Of a stretch of 64,000 bases of DNA, positions 51,501 to 64,000 are shown piece after piece. Made by a program: the position numbers and the translations under genes. The stretch comes from Phoronis australis (lineage: Eukaryota; Animalia; Phoronida): contig NMRA01000053.1 of NCBI GenBank assembly GCA_002633005.1, forward strand, positions 1,064,240-1,128,239, given 5' to 3'. The notes under the pieces were generated by a model. The model was not told the DNA's origin. It worked only from the letters and a program-made list of their open reading frames with translations, and did not search any database. Within the stretch, counting starts at the first letter, position 1. Each line of letters opens with the position of its first letter.

Positions 51501-54500
51501 ATCTCAAACTGTCTCCACGAACTCTTTTATACTTCTATGTCAGGTAAATATTGGAACTTGTTTATCTTACTCCTCATACTTTTTATTTAAAAATCATCAA
51601 TTTTCTTATATGTGTTAACACCAGTTTAGTGTTGCATAACTTTTCAATTCAATAGGACTGCAGACAAACAGTTGACTCAAATCAAGTTGCCCATGACTTG
51701 ATTAATGGCTTAGTGAACATATTGCACTCTGTTCACTGGCAATATGGGCTTTTTGGTATTGGGATAAGTTAGGATATATGCCAATTGCATTTTCCTTTAA
51801 TTTTGACAGTGAAGTAATCAACCTGTCAACATTAACAGGTCAAAAAATACCACCCATTTTTAATGCATCACTTCTTACAGGAACGACCACCCATAATTTG
51901 AGTTTTTTTCTTAAGACCACCACCCATGAATTTTTATTTCTACTGCTGTCCCCCCCCTCCCACACGGATTTTACTGGAACAGCCCTTAAAGGAACTGCTA
52001 AATCACATCTCAATATACCCTCCCTGATGAAGATGTCTGTAGGTGTGTGGGGGTGGAAAGAAGACTTACCATCCACCATTCAGGACTCCACTCACTGTAC
52101 ATGCCATGTATCAACCTCTCAGCCCGCAGAAAGGCCACTGACCTGGAGAGAGGAAAAGGATGCAATAAAAATATCTGCCATTTCCCAGTCTTTAGGCAGT
52201 AGATCTCATTGGCCAATCTGCAACATACTGTGAATGCTTCTCACTGGGTGAGATCATTCCGACAGGCACTAAGTTCCAAAGAACCTGGACTTTTATAACC
52301 AGCTACTTTTGTTTGGGGATTAGAAAAGAGACGGGTGTTGGTATTTAACCTTTGCTTGTTCATGGCAACATTCTTCTCTAACAAAATCAGACTCTGTGGA
52401 CTTAACAATTAGGGTTTTTTAAAACGCACGTTTTCAAGTGAAACAAAAAATGCTTGTTTGTAAAAACTAAACCAAACATACCATGTAATTTGTAACAGTC
52501 AAAACTAAGTAGTGCCAGGTCTGCAAAACTGGCCTGAGCCCTGGGTATTAAATGAGCACAGGGTAAAAAATGTCCTTGCTAACACGCAGCTCAACCAGTA
52601 GCCTCCTTTTTGCCCGAAACTCACTAACACTATTCATTCTGGGAAACCCAACAGCCAGTAAAATTTTTTTTGTGACTCCGAAAGTAAGCTTGTTGAGTCA
52701 CAATTGGAAAACTTTTTGACTTAAGGCCCAGGAAATTCCAGGTTCTTTAAAATCAGTGATCATACTTTAACATTAGGGTACCATCTGTTTTGATCTTTTT
52801 AATACGATAAGCAAAAAGAACTATAATTTGTTAGTGATATGTTATTTGTGTTGCAGCTCTATTTTTGCACACAAGATCATGGTTACAGCTGGGCAGTCAA
52901 TTACATCATTTGTCAAAACACGCTAATTGTATACATTTCACATATTTCATAATTCGTAACAGTTCGATTCAAAATCATGAAATGCGGTCCCTCAAAGAAA
53001 CTTGGACTCAAACACCTTTAGTATTAACGTCATAGAACACCTTTTAGCAGTGAACTGTGCAAAGCTTGGAGTAAGAGTTTGTAACTTGAAAGTAGGGGTT
53101 ATGCTGTCTGCTCGCAATTGCAAATTCAAAATGCAAAATAATTTATTCCGAAAACTTCATACCTAGCTGAAGTGTTCTTCATCAGGAATTCCTTCATGTA
53201 GACAGACTCAGACTGAACAGACAGACACTTGAAGACTGGTGCCTTGGTCTCATCAAATCCCCAAAACCAGCCTCTGTAATAACCCTCACTGTCCTAGAAA
53301 GTAAAGAAAAAGTGTTTCACACACAGTGCCATCTGGTGGTGTGAAGACACACACAAAACACAGCAGAAAGGAGATCATTAAGAGATATCGATGAATGGTT
53401 GAGGGATATCAGGTGCGCCACCAATTCAGATACAAGGACAACACGATTCAAATTTTAGTTTGAAAATAACTGAAACAAAACTGTTTGAAATGACGCCTAA
53501 GTACCGTGTGTAATTGCGTCAAAGTAAAGACAAGACATTGAAGAGCCCCCCATACAGAAGGTCGACAGTGTGCAACTGTAAATGAGTAGTTGCTCCAAAA
53601 ACTTGCTCGCTCCCGCCATCTTGACCGGCTAATGAACTTGTACTCGACCAGCACCCATTTAGTCGCACTGGCGAATGGGCGAGTAAATGGCCACAATGGT
53701 TGCCATACTTGGACAGTACACTTATTTGACTGAGGCAAACAAAAATAAAACATCTTAAAATTACAAAATGAATAATTAACAAAAAAATTCTCAACCTTTA
53801 TTTTTGTTAAGACATTTTACAAAATCAAATTCGACTTGTCCCCCATGCGGACTAGCGACCAGTTTCTTCTTATGAGTTCTTGAGTATGGCAAAATCTCAC
53901 CAAATTTGAACAAATATGAAAATTTGTCTTTTTTCAATTTTCAAAAACTTCTAATTGCAAAGGTTTACAATTACTTAAAGGAGAATGCCACTCGATTTAT
54001 TTCGTTTTTTACCATCTATATCCACATTACCTCCTATACAGTCGATCTCACATCCCCCTGAAAAGGTGTCGTTTTAACCTACATTGTATAAAGAAGGTGA
54101 GTAAGTGACTACAGTGATTACAGTGGTTCTTCAGCGGAGTGTGTGCCACTTGCGCGAACCATGGAGCTGCAAGGAAAGCAGGTATACCGTTTTTTTTTTT
54201 TTTGATTTCTTCGAGAACCCACAATGCTTCGGAAGTGGCTCACCGCAATAAAGAGTGAAAAGTACACCGTTAATACCAAGTACGAGACCGTGAAATATCT
54301 GTGTGTCTCATGGTGGCCTGCATTGTCCTGTTTCAAAATGAATTATTCTCACCCTAACTAATGTTTACATAAAACTCAAACAAAGAGTCAAAGTCTGCAC
54401 CAGTAGATACAGTTTGTAATGCCTTTGGAGAGTTTGTGAGTGCAAATGTTTTGAGAAACCAACAATGAATAAATCATTCTGTGTTACCGACTTCAGATGA

Positions 54501-57500
54501 AACAAAACTGTAATTGACCAGGCACCCGAGGGTGTGTGAGCGCATGCTTAGTGTTTGCCAGCAGAGTTGTAATACAACAACTCGGTTTTATATGCTATGG
54601 TCAGTAGTTAGTGGAATATTTATTATATATATTACATTATTCGAAACATTGTTATTGTACAACCTTTCGTGCTAACGGTTCTGTGAAAGGGAAGCCTGAC
54701 TTCGCAGCCCCGTTCATTAGTCTAGACTGTTCCTGACTGGAAGTCCAGCTTTCAACTTAAGTGCTTGGTTTACGTTCATGATGTCTCCAGTCCTCAATGG
54801 GTCTGATCGGGTTCCGAGCCACTGGGTTATACCGAGCATTTTGTGTATTTAGGACCGAAAAAAATTTATGAGTCTAAAATCACAGCCCACAGCTACAGTG
54901 CTTTCCTGTACATGTATGTATTTCATGGAGATGTATTTCACAGAGAATAGTTATTCTTATTTATCACTGAACAGACCGCAACTGACCTCGTTAAGTTGGC
55001 CTACCAAACTTTGTACGCTACGATTCGTTAAAAATTTCTATAAATTCATAACTGCGAAAAAACAACTCGGTTGTATAAAAACTCAATGTATTTGTAAGGG
55101 TTTTGCATCGAATTTTGATGATTTACTGGACAGGTATAAAGCAATAATTCAAGTCAAGCGAAAAGCAGACACCACTAAGCGTGTCGTGAACTGCTGAACA
55201 GACTGTGTTAGAACCTATGGCATCATCGGATAATTTCAGCTACTCCATCTGCCATCTGGTGTCAGGTAAAAGAACTGAACAGTCATGCTTTTATCGATTG
55301 AAACTACTCAATCTAGTAAACTGATACAAAATACGCAGTTTTTGGTGGCATTCTCCGTTGAAACTGGTAATAATTGTGGTATTGAGCTTCAAAATGATAA
55401 AAGCGTTTATTTGATACTTCTCACCTATTATTGAAAAACTGAAAATTAATTTAAGTAGAATTTCACTTGTACGCCATATTGTGGCATAAATCGGTGACAT
55501 TTTGCCATACCTGTTGACCAGTTACCTGTCTATAACCATACCTTTTAACCAGTTCCCTGTCTATATCCATACCTGTTGACCAGTTACCAGTCTAAACCAT
55601 ACCTGTTGACCAGTTACCTGTGTATAACCACACCTGTTGACCAGTTACCTGTTTATAACCATACATGTTGACCAGTTACCTGTTTATAACCATACATGTT
55701 GACCAGTTACCTGTCCATAACCATACCTCATGACCAGTTACCTGTCTATAACCATACTTTTTGATCAGTTACCTGTCTATAACCATACCTGTTGACCAGT
55801 TACCAGTCTTTAAACATACCCGTTGACCAGTTACCAGTCTATAACCATACCCGTTGACCAGTTACCAGACGAGTCTATAACCATACCTGTTGACCAGTTA
55901 CCTGTCTAAACCATACCCATTGACCAGTTACCTGTCTATAACCATACCCGTTGACCAGTTACCTGTTTATAACCATACCCGCTGACCAGTTACTTGTCTA
56001 TAACCTTACCTGTTGACCAGTTACCTGTCTACACTATACCTGTTGACCAGTTACCTGTCTATAACCATGGTTCTCTATGCAATCACGCAAGTCCATCTTT
56101 TGTTCCCATTTCCCATCAGTCCATCCCTCTTTGTAGCCCTGCAGGTAATACACCTCCTCAATGAGGGCAGCACCCGTCTCTGTAAGCACAAAGTTTCAGT
56201 CACCAGGGTTAGCATTGAGCAGACTACAAAAGCTAACTACCACAGGTTTGCCAATTTTACTTGTAGGCTAACTGAAAGGAGAACCACACAATGCTTTTAA
56301 CTGTTTGTCAGCACCAGTGAGGAGAATTAGCATGGACAGATATGGACGAATGCCTTTGCACATTCCAAGCTCAAGAATTTTTTAATTAAAAGAACAAATC
56401 TTTAACTTGAAAGGTAGAAATGAAATCCTTATTTACAATGATCCTTAAAGGGGAATTCTCTTTTCAATGAAACTTTACAGAAATTAGCAGTAGCGTGGAA
56501 TCGAACCCACAAACACTGCATTTCGCAGTTGAATACTCAGACAACCAAAATCCTAGGCGTTAAATAGCAAAGTACTATAAACTTCCTTTCAGTCAGTGTC
56601 AAACCACAAAAACACAACAGGTTTTATTCTTTTATAGCTCTGGTCAAAGCCAACTTCAAGAAGTCTAGACTTAATTCAACAGTAATCAGAAAATTTCATT
56701 TTTCGGGCACAAAAAGATTATGCTCCATAAATGTTCAACAATTAAGCAAGAAAAAGCTAAAGCTCCGACTCCTAAAATGTTTTCTCATCAACAGAATGAT
56801 CAACATCCTTCTGTTTAAACAGGAAACAACGTCATAAAAGAAAACCAGGAAAACATCTTCTATAGTTCGCCAAATCCCAATAGAATTCCATCTGCAAACT
56901 ACGAAACACATATCGACCAATAAGATTTAATTTCTTTCAATAAAATATTAAAATACTGCACTATGTTGTGTGTTAAGAGATTGAAAAACATGCTGGCTTA
57001 TTAGTCACTGTGAACAAACATAAAAGATGCATTAACTTATTGGGTTTGTCAGAACGTCCATCCACTATCATTCACACTGCTAGGAAGGATGTGCATTAGT
57101 GAGGATGTGAGACCATGACAACACCATCCGCATATGTTGAGTAGAAAAGCTCATAGAATCTTAAGTGATTGTTAACTGCCATCAAGTCCTTGCGAGTTGG
57201 AACAAAAAACTTTACCGTACATTTTCTAACTGAAAAATCTTTACACATTGGGACTTGCTTACAGTACGATCTAACCACTTCAAGACAAACATAATTGCCA
57301 AAACCGGTTCTTTTACATTTTTCAATGCTATGGACGCCCACAGTTCCTCTGAATTATTGTCTGATGGTAGCTATGTATAGATCTTTCAAAATGATATCAA
57401 ACTTATTTGGTGTTACTTGTGTTTTGTGAGAAAAAGAAGAAAATAAAATTTCACTTGTCCGCCATATTGCCTCCTTAAATGGTGAGATTTTACTAAAATC

Positions 57501-60370
57501 TCGAAAACCACCAACTTTTACAAAATTTTCATCTTTTGTTTTGAACATGAAGACAGTTTCATGCTTAAACCAAACTATTCTTCCTCAGCAAAAAATTGTG
57601 TCTTGAATTTCTGCTTCACCATTAAACAACATAGATGTCAGCCACCAAAGTCAGTTTTAAGAATGTCTCAAGTCTTCATAGTTGACAGATGCTATCTCCT
57701 TTGTTCGATGAAAAATCAAAAGTCTGAGGCGTAGCTCACCAGGACATAGACCATAAAATAAGTGTGCAACATTTCACGTGAACTGACCAATACACTGAAG
57801 AGTCTCCTGACATCCACTTAATATCGATTTGCAATGATCCACTACTTAAAATCTTGCCAATTTTGTACAAAAACATTGTCAAGATTGTGCACTTTTTATT
57901 TTTGTCGTCTTCTAACATTGAGATGAGTACCCGCGATTTTTCTCAATATTGTCTGTTGCTAAGTCAGATACAGAGCTCGATCACGTGTTAAAACCAAATG
58001 TTCCTTCCGTGTATTTTTTTATGAAAAAATGAGAAAATACAATTGCACTTGTTCACCATGAAGTGTAAAGATCAGCTGGAAATAAAACCAACATTCAAAA
58101 ACACAAAATACGAGCCAGCATCAAGGTGACTTTCACTTGACCTTAAAATTATGGTGTGCTAGATGGAACTGAGATAAGACGAAAACAACATTCTCTCAGT
58201 ACATGTTCATTTTGCATAACTAGATTTTTTGCATGAATCCTTCGTATGTTGCACCACACAATAGCGGCAGTTAGGCAGCATAATGATCACCAAGTAGAAT
58301 TGATAAAATATGGGAAATCTCACTGCATTAAGTTTCCATCAAAAACACAGATAGCACTGATTATTATCAATGACTTTGACCTAGTCTCACCATGTTTGGA
58401 CAAGAATTATTTAAAAAATAATTACTCTGCGCGTGTAAGCGCAGAGTACTGTTGTTCCTGGGTTTTCTTCAATTTTATTCTTAGTCTTATTCTTATTACT
58501 CTGCGCGTGTAAGCGCAGAGTACTGTTGTTCCTAGGTTTTCTTCAATTTTATTCTTCTTCTTATTCTTCTTCCGACCAACTTTGAGGTTTAATAACTCCA
58601 TATTGGGTGCAGGTACAGTCTTTAAATTCAGCATATGACAATTGACAGTATATAAATTTTGATTGGTAATATAATTACATTCCATATTGCACCGGAAGAG
58701 GTCGTTTGGTGCAAAGGTCATATAATTTTCAAAATGCTACTCCTCCTTCAGTTTAAAGCTATCTTTCTCAAATTCAGTGCACAGGTATAAGTCAACATAA
58801 CCATTTAAAAAATTACTTTTCTAAGTAATCGGGTCATCCAATCAGGTGAAATAGGTCAAAGGTCATTAGGTGCAAACTAAAATTTTGAGCTAGACACTTC
58901 AAATTGACAGGTCTGATTGCCACACGTAAATCAAATCCAAATCCAAAGTTTCAGGTCATTTAGTGCAAACATGGGGTCATTAGGTGCATTTTTCTTCTGA
59001 AAAATTGACCTTTTCAATCAGCAACTATTCTGATGTGACAACCGTTAGACAACTGTGATTCTCAGCGTTAAACACATTTTCCATGGGCTTTGCAATAATT
59101 CTCCTAAAGATGCTTAAAATGCACCGGATAAGGTCAATTAGTGCAAAGGTCATGTAACATTCAAAATGTTATATCTCTTGCGTTTTTCAAGGAATTCTTT
59201 TCAATTTCAGCACACTGGTGTAAGTCAACATGCCAATTGAATACCCTTCTTTACTTCGCAATAGGCCTAACCAATCAGAAAAAATAGGTCAAAGGTCATT
59301 GAGTGCAAACTAAAATTTTGAGCTAGAGACTTCAGAATTACGTATCTGTTTACTAAGTGCGATTGAGTTTGAATTCTAAATTTTCAGGTCATTTGGTGCA
59401 CCCATGGGGTAATTAGGTGCATTTTTGTTCTGAAAGTTTGACCACTTCATTCATCTTGTATTCTGAAGTGCTTAAAGTAAAACATCTGTGATTATTAGCA
59501 TTAACCACACTTTTAATCGAGTTAACAATTACTCCCTCATCGGGGCTCATAATGCACTGGAAGAGGTCAATTAGTAGACAAGTCATCAAAAAATTAATAT
59601 GTAATTTCTCCTACAATTTTAAAGAATTCCTTTTCATATTGGTAAACGGGTTGCTGTCAGTAACTTCCCATAATAATTCCAGTAATACGCACGCGCAGAG
59701 TCCGTTATTGTCACGCCGTGACAATAATCTTTCTAGTTTAAACTGATGTTTTTAAATTTTCTAGGCTTGTAGAATTGCTGTGAATTCCATAAATTTGCAA
59801 AAATAAAATGACTGGACATAGCTATTGTACAGAATTTGAAATGATAGAAAAAATCAAGCATTTGCTGTGCTACTAATCTCTGCTACGCTGCCTTAGAAGT
59901 AACATGAGGCATCATTTCACTCAAATAAATTCTGTTGTAACATAGATTTTCAGAAAGTGCTTTCATTGCCAGTTACACATTAAAGTTTATAATTTATTTT
60001 AATATTCAAAATAACGATAAAATGATGAACAAATATCATTTCTGATCCAGAGTTCAAAGAATAACAAATGAAAAGTGCCACACAGCTCAGGCGGTTTGCA
60101 TCACAAAGCTTACCCTTCATGAAGTCTTCATACTCCATCACCGGTACATGTTGCGAGAGACTATCCAAGTCAAAAAATGTACGCCACGGTAACTTGATTT
60201 GATCTAAGTGTCGAGACTTCCAGTGGTAAAGGTTGCCCCAAGGTGGCAGCACCAGTGTCCACAACTGGCCCGGATCATCATTCAGCACCTTAATGAGATT
60301 AGCAACGCGCATGTACACGTCACGCCTCAGGTTGAAACCCTCACCAGGATTGACGTCGTAAAGTAAATAT
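45556..60370 (-). CDS. POFUT2: GDP-fucose protein O-fucosyltransferase 2 (5' exon with signal peptide not identified)
   Basis: Exons 60370-60114, 56179-56055, 53293-53163, 52142-52070, 50515-50390, 47495-47315, 46384-46255, 45709-45556; phases consistent. Motifs [71 protein letters not shown] and [16 protein letters not shown]. Confidence 0.95.
47725..47926. repeat. 40-bp minisatellite, 5 near-perfect copies
   Basis: Unit CGTTATCACAAGGTGACCATGTGTCATCTGATCTAAACAC, head-to-tail with no spacers. Confidence 0.95.
51166..51985 (+). mobile_element. PIF/Harbinger-type MITE (820 bp)
   Basis: TIRs GGGCTGTTCCAGCAAAATC / GATTTTACTGGAACAGCCC with TSD TTA. Confidence 0.9.
53979..55357. mobile_element. 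Kolobok-like non-autonomous element (about 1.4 kb)
   Basis: TTAA-AGGAGAATGCCAC ... GTGGCATTCTCCG-TTGA termini; the interior is CpG-richer than the flanking intron. Confidence 0.6.
55505..56068. repeat. 31-bp minisatellite, about 18 copies, overlapping a POFUT2 splice donor
   Basis: Unit CCATACCTGTTGACCAGTTACCTGTCTATAA; the last copy runs into exon 56055-56179. Confidence 0.95.
58421..59737 (+). mobile_element. non-autonomous Helentron/Helitron-like element
   Basis: 5' palindrome TACTCTGCGC-GTGTAA-GCGCAGAGTA (duplicated 73 bp later), matching 3' subterminal repeat CACGCGCAGAGT (59690-59701), 3' hairpin TTATTGTCAC/GTGACAATAA (59705-59727), then CTAG. Contains about 430-bp internal tandem units. 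Confidence 0.75.
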
Positions 60371-62151
60371 CTGAAAATCAAAAGTTATGTTTCCTTAGAA
60401 TGCCCATCTAATTATTGAGTCGTTGAATACCCGTCAGGAACTGTCACATTGATACTGTGCAAACAGATGCCCGAGCTAATTTCCATGTTGCTCAAAAAAT
60501 CTCAACTTCTGTAAGACATCAGCTTCTTCATGACCTGTGTAGTTGTCTTCAAATATTCATGTGGACACAATGGAAGTATTGTTTCCACTCCGTTATCATT
60601 ACTTTAGGATGCATCCAACATTTTGTTTTTCATTTGATATCTCCACTTTTGTAATGCTTGAATTTATAATTTTCATTGTGTTGCAATTGATTTGTTCAAA
60701 GTCATGAACTAAACTCGTGAAAAAGTTCATTCATTCACCAATAGAACTGATGAACTAACTTCATGAATGGATTGTCTCTTTTGTATTTCGAGAACTATAA
60801 TTCATAAATTCATAACTTCCTAGTTCATGAATTATAATAACGTTGAGAACAGTGTTTCAAGTTCAATGGAAAAACAAATGACTATCAATGTCATGTACAT
60901 AAACCTTTAAGTATTGCTGGACTAAAAGCGTGTAGGTGGCCTGATGACACTGATGTGCGCAGGCCTCATGGTTGAGCCCATTGCACAAAACATCTGCGCT
61001 AAAGCACGAGAGCCCCGTTATGATTCGACAATTTCGACTTTAGTTTTGGCAACCTCAGATTTCCTTTGGCGACCTGGGCTTTTCGCAAAGTCGCAATTGG
61101 CGCCTTGGCCGCATCAAACTAAACTTCAACCACTGGCTGCATTGGCTAGAAGTCAATCATTAATATCTTGCGAACACATCAAGCGACCAAAAACAAGTGG
61201 TACATCTATTTGCAGCAACTGGAATGCTAAATTTTCATTGAATGTCTTCATCCTAAGGCATACTAACAAGAAATTGCATACATTCTTCATAGCTCTCACC
61301 ACACAAAACGGGCATAGTCTCTCTTCCCTTGGATACAACAAAATATCACAATTAACAGTTAATTTGTCAAAAACAAATCAGAAATGGAGCCTATCTCAGA
61401 CATGAAAAGTGATTTCATGAGGGAAATCCTATTGAATTCACACCTAATGGGATATTCACAATTGACCTTTCACAAGTTGTCATAAGATGAACAGTAGAAT
61501 TGATTAGTACAGTATCTTACAGTGCAAAACTGCCAACTAACATAAAAGCGGCTGCAATAAACGTGCTTTCCGTCACAAAAGCCAACTTTTGACTTAGACC
61601 ATGTACCTTTAGAACAATGGTTTCAAATTGTTCCTCAGTCAAAATGGACGTTATTTCTGGGCTTGGACAGGACCAATATTTGAGACCAATTTCATAGTTG
61701 TATCAAAGTAACTGAAATATTACTTTATTCGAGATAATGTGGACTTATAGCAGCTTAAAATAGTTCTTTGTAACCATTGTGTTAACAACTACTCTGACGT
61801 ACAGTAAAATCACACCAATTTTGGACAAAAATACAATTGCCAAAATTGGTCTTTTTTCATTTTTCAAACGCTTCTAATAATAATGTTTGAATGTCTACAG
61901 CTGCTGGAAACATTGTCTGGAGGTAGCTTTGGCATAGACCTTTAAAATGGTGTAGCATTTATTTGGTGCTACTTATCTTTTATTAAAAAATGAAGACATA
62001 AATTTCATTTGTCTGCCAAATTGTGTCCTAAATTGGTGAGGTTTTACCGTAAGTTTGATGAAGTATATCTGTTTAGTGAGAGCTGTAACCACGGTCCTAA
62101 TAGCTTCTAACAGTTTTAAAGCTACTGTAGGCAAAAAGCATCTCAACAAAC

Positions 62152-63810
62152 CAGGGCTTCATCCAGGATTTCGAAAATAGGGTGTCCAAATTGGGGTTCC
62201 AAATATTCCAGGGCGTCCATGATTACAGTGGTGTGTTACCCCCACCCCCACCACATTTCACCAATAATCCCCCCACGCACACAGTGAGGTTTTTACAAAA
62301 ATGCGCAGACCAACTTAGGTTTTTATATCTAAGTTTACAAAAACAGCTCCCTTGTTGTGAGCTTTTTTACTAAAAACAGTGCGTAGACCAAAACTTTTAC
62401 CTCTTACTTTATGAAAACAGCCAAATAGCTTACCAAACAAATATTACAGATTATTCAGGGCTCGACGCTATTAAAATTGCCAGGTCACAATTTGCGATCT
62501 AGCCAATATCCCAGGTCGCATTTTCAAAATCCAGCTCGCAAAATGCCTGGTCGCAAAATTTTCTCGCCATTTTTAGATAATCGAAAAATGTTTAGATTAA
62601 TAAATATGCTCTTACCTAAGGCATTAAACACTCATAAATTGCAGATCGCAAAATTGAGTTCGTTCATGCAGGTATGGCGTTACTGTTCTTCACGTCCGCC
62701 ATTGAAACACTCTAGAGTGCACGGCAAGTTGTCGACGTGAAAGTTGAATCAGTGCTCTCTAACTGAAACGTGCACTCGAGTAGCTAAGTTTTCAATGTGA
62801 AAAGGGAGAAAATGCCCACTTGAAAAAGTATCTACGATTTTTGATAGGTCTCACCTGCTACTGGGTGTCATCAAAGTCGTTAAACATCCAAACTAACTCG
62901 GAGTGCTAATTCTCTCCACTTTTTGTTCGCAGCCTAAATTTAGCAACTTAACTCGACGTTTGAAAAACATCTGTCGAAAAAAATCTGTGAAACGATGCCC
63001 TAACCGAATGACGTATTTCGATCCGTGGGAAAAATTCAGTGCAAATTTCACAACAAAAATGTGACACTTATGCTGTTTGCGTACTCAACAATTTGTTTTC
63101 CATGAAATGAATAGCTTCAAAATAATTCCCGACTCCATGCGGGTTTCCATTGGTTAACTCGAGTTTGCTCCTCAGTACCTTCCAAGTGCGGGAATAATAA
63201 GTCAGTCACAAAACGACACGCACGTCACTAGTGTTAACTTTCCTTCGGAGGTATGAAACAAAGCCGGGATTAGGTTTTTACATATTGAGAAAAGATGCTT
63301 TTTGAATTGGTTGTGTAAAATGAGAGTGACACTCTATACAGGCTGCGTGTCAATTTTAAATCACACGTGGTCGTTTGTAGTACGCTGTGATGGGCGCTAG
63401 CCTGAACTGTGGGCGCTTAATTGGAAATTCTCAAAAGTTGAGGGGGAACGCTTAGTAGGTCAGTGAGCGCGTATTATGAAACACTTCAAAGGTAGGGAGT
63501 AGACTTGTGCGTGAGCATAGTTGTTAGCCTCTAGTACCCCGTTAGTTGCAATAGCTGGCTGCGGACATAGAATATAGGGAACATCAACCTCGGGAAGCAT
63601 CGCATGCGTGCACCCAGGGGGGGCTCGGGGGGCTTGAACGAGCCTACCCATTTGGTGAAGTGGGCAAAAGGTCCGCCTGTGAGAAACAAAAAGTCCGAGA
63701 AAATGAGACAAAAGTCCACTAAACAAGTACAAACGCACAATTCAGAGTGGTGCGTCCGCTTTTTTTAGTCCGCTGGCTGTTTTGTTACCAAAAGGTCCAC
63801 AACTTTCGGA
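62152..63810. mobile_element. cluster of DNA-transposon fragments
   Basis: hAT-like starts CAGGGCTTCATCCAGG (about 62152) and CAGGGCTCGACGCTA (about 62457) with repeated CAGGTCGCA-type motifs, plus AAAAGGTCC repeats near 63665-63800. Partner ends not resolved. Confidence 0.4.
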
Positions 63811-64000
63811 ATACAAGCAAGGAGTGTAGTAGTATAGGAGAGTTCACTTGTGAGTTCGCTGTTACCGCTACTACTAGCGCCGCCAAGTGGTGAACAAGCT
63901 ACGGTCACCCAGGAAGCGTCAAAACAATGGGGACGGACGCATTTTGCAGTGCGATAAATTCCATGAATTCATCCACGAAAACCCCAGACGTGTCATTTTG

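Noticed and set aside
56484-56560. tRNA gene on the minus strand (GGTTCGATTCC B box)
   Set aside because: No closing acceptor or D stems; at most a SINE remnant.
60944-61405. 153-aa + strand ORF, or POFUT2 exon 1 on the minus strand
   Set aside because: Overlaps transposon-like GGCGACCTGG motifs; no convincing signal peptide with a phase-2 donor found.

Overview
Eukaryotic DNA that looks like an invertebrate animal genome, with GT-AG spliceosomal introns. From left to right it holds a decayed, 3'-truncated Ty3/Gypsy LTR retrotransposon (398-4277), a CpG-rich non-coding block, and a 178-aa orphan ORF (8297-8833). Next come CDC6 (minus strand, 10 coding exons) head-to-head with CWC22 (plus strand, 19 coding exons, one duplicated across an assembly N), and most of POFUT2 (minus strand, 5' exon not found). 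MITEs, a Helentron/Helitron-like element, tRNA-derived SINE remnants and minisatellites are scattered through the introns. The main unexplained signal is that non-coding DNA in every part of the window I sampled is densely tiled with nested 7-16 bp stems. Their non-Watson-Crick pairs are mostly G-T on the + strand, even inside the minus-strand genes. The signal is strongest at 1-397 and 4278-8100. All of this was judged by eye and needs a shuffled-control folding analysis on both strands.
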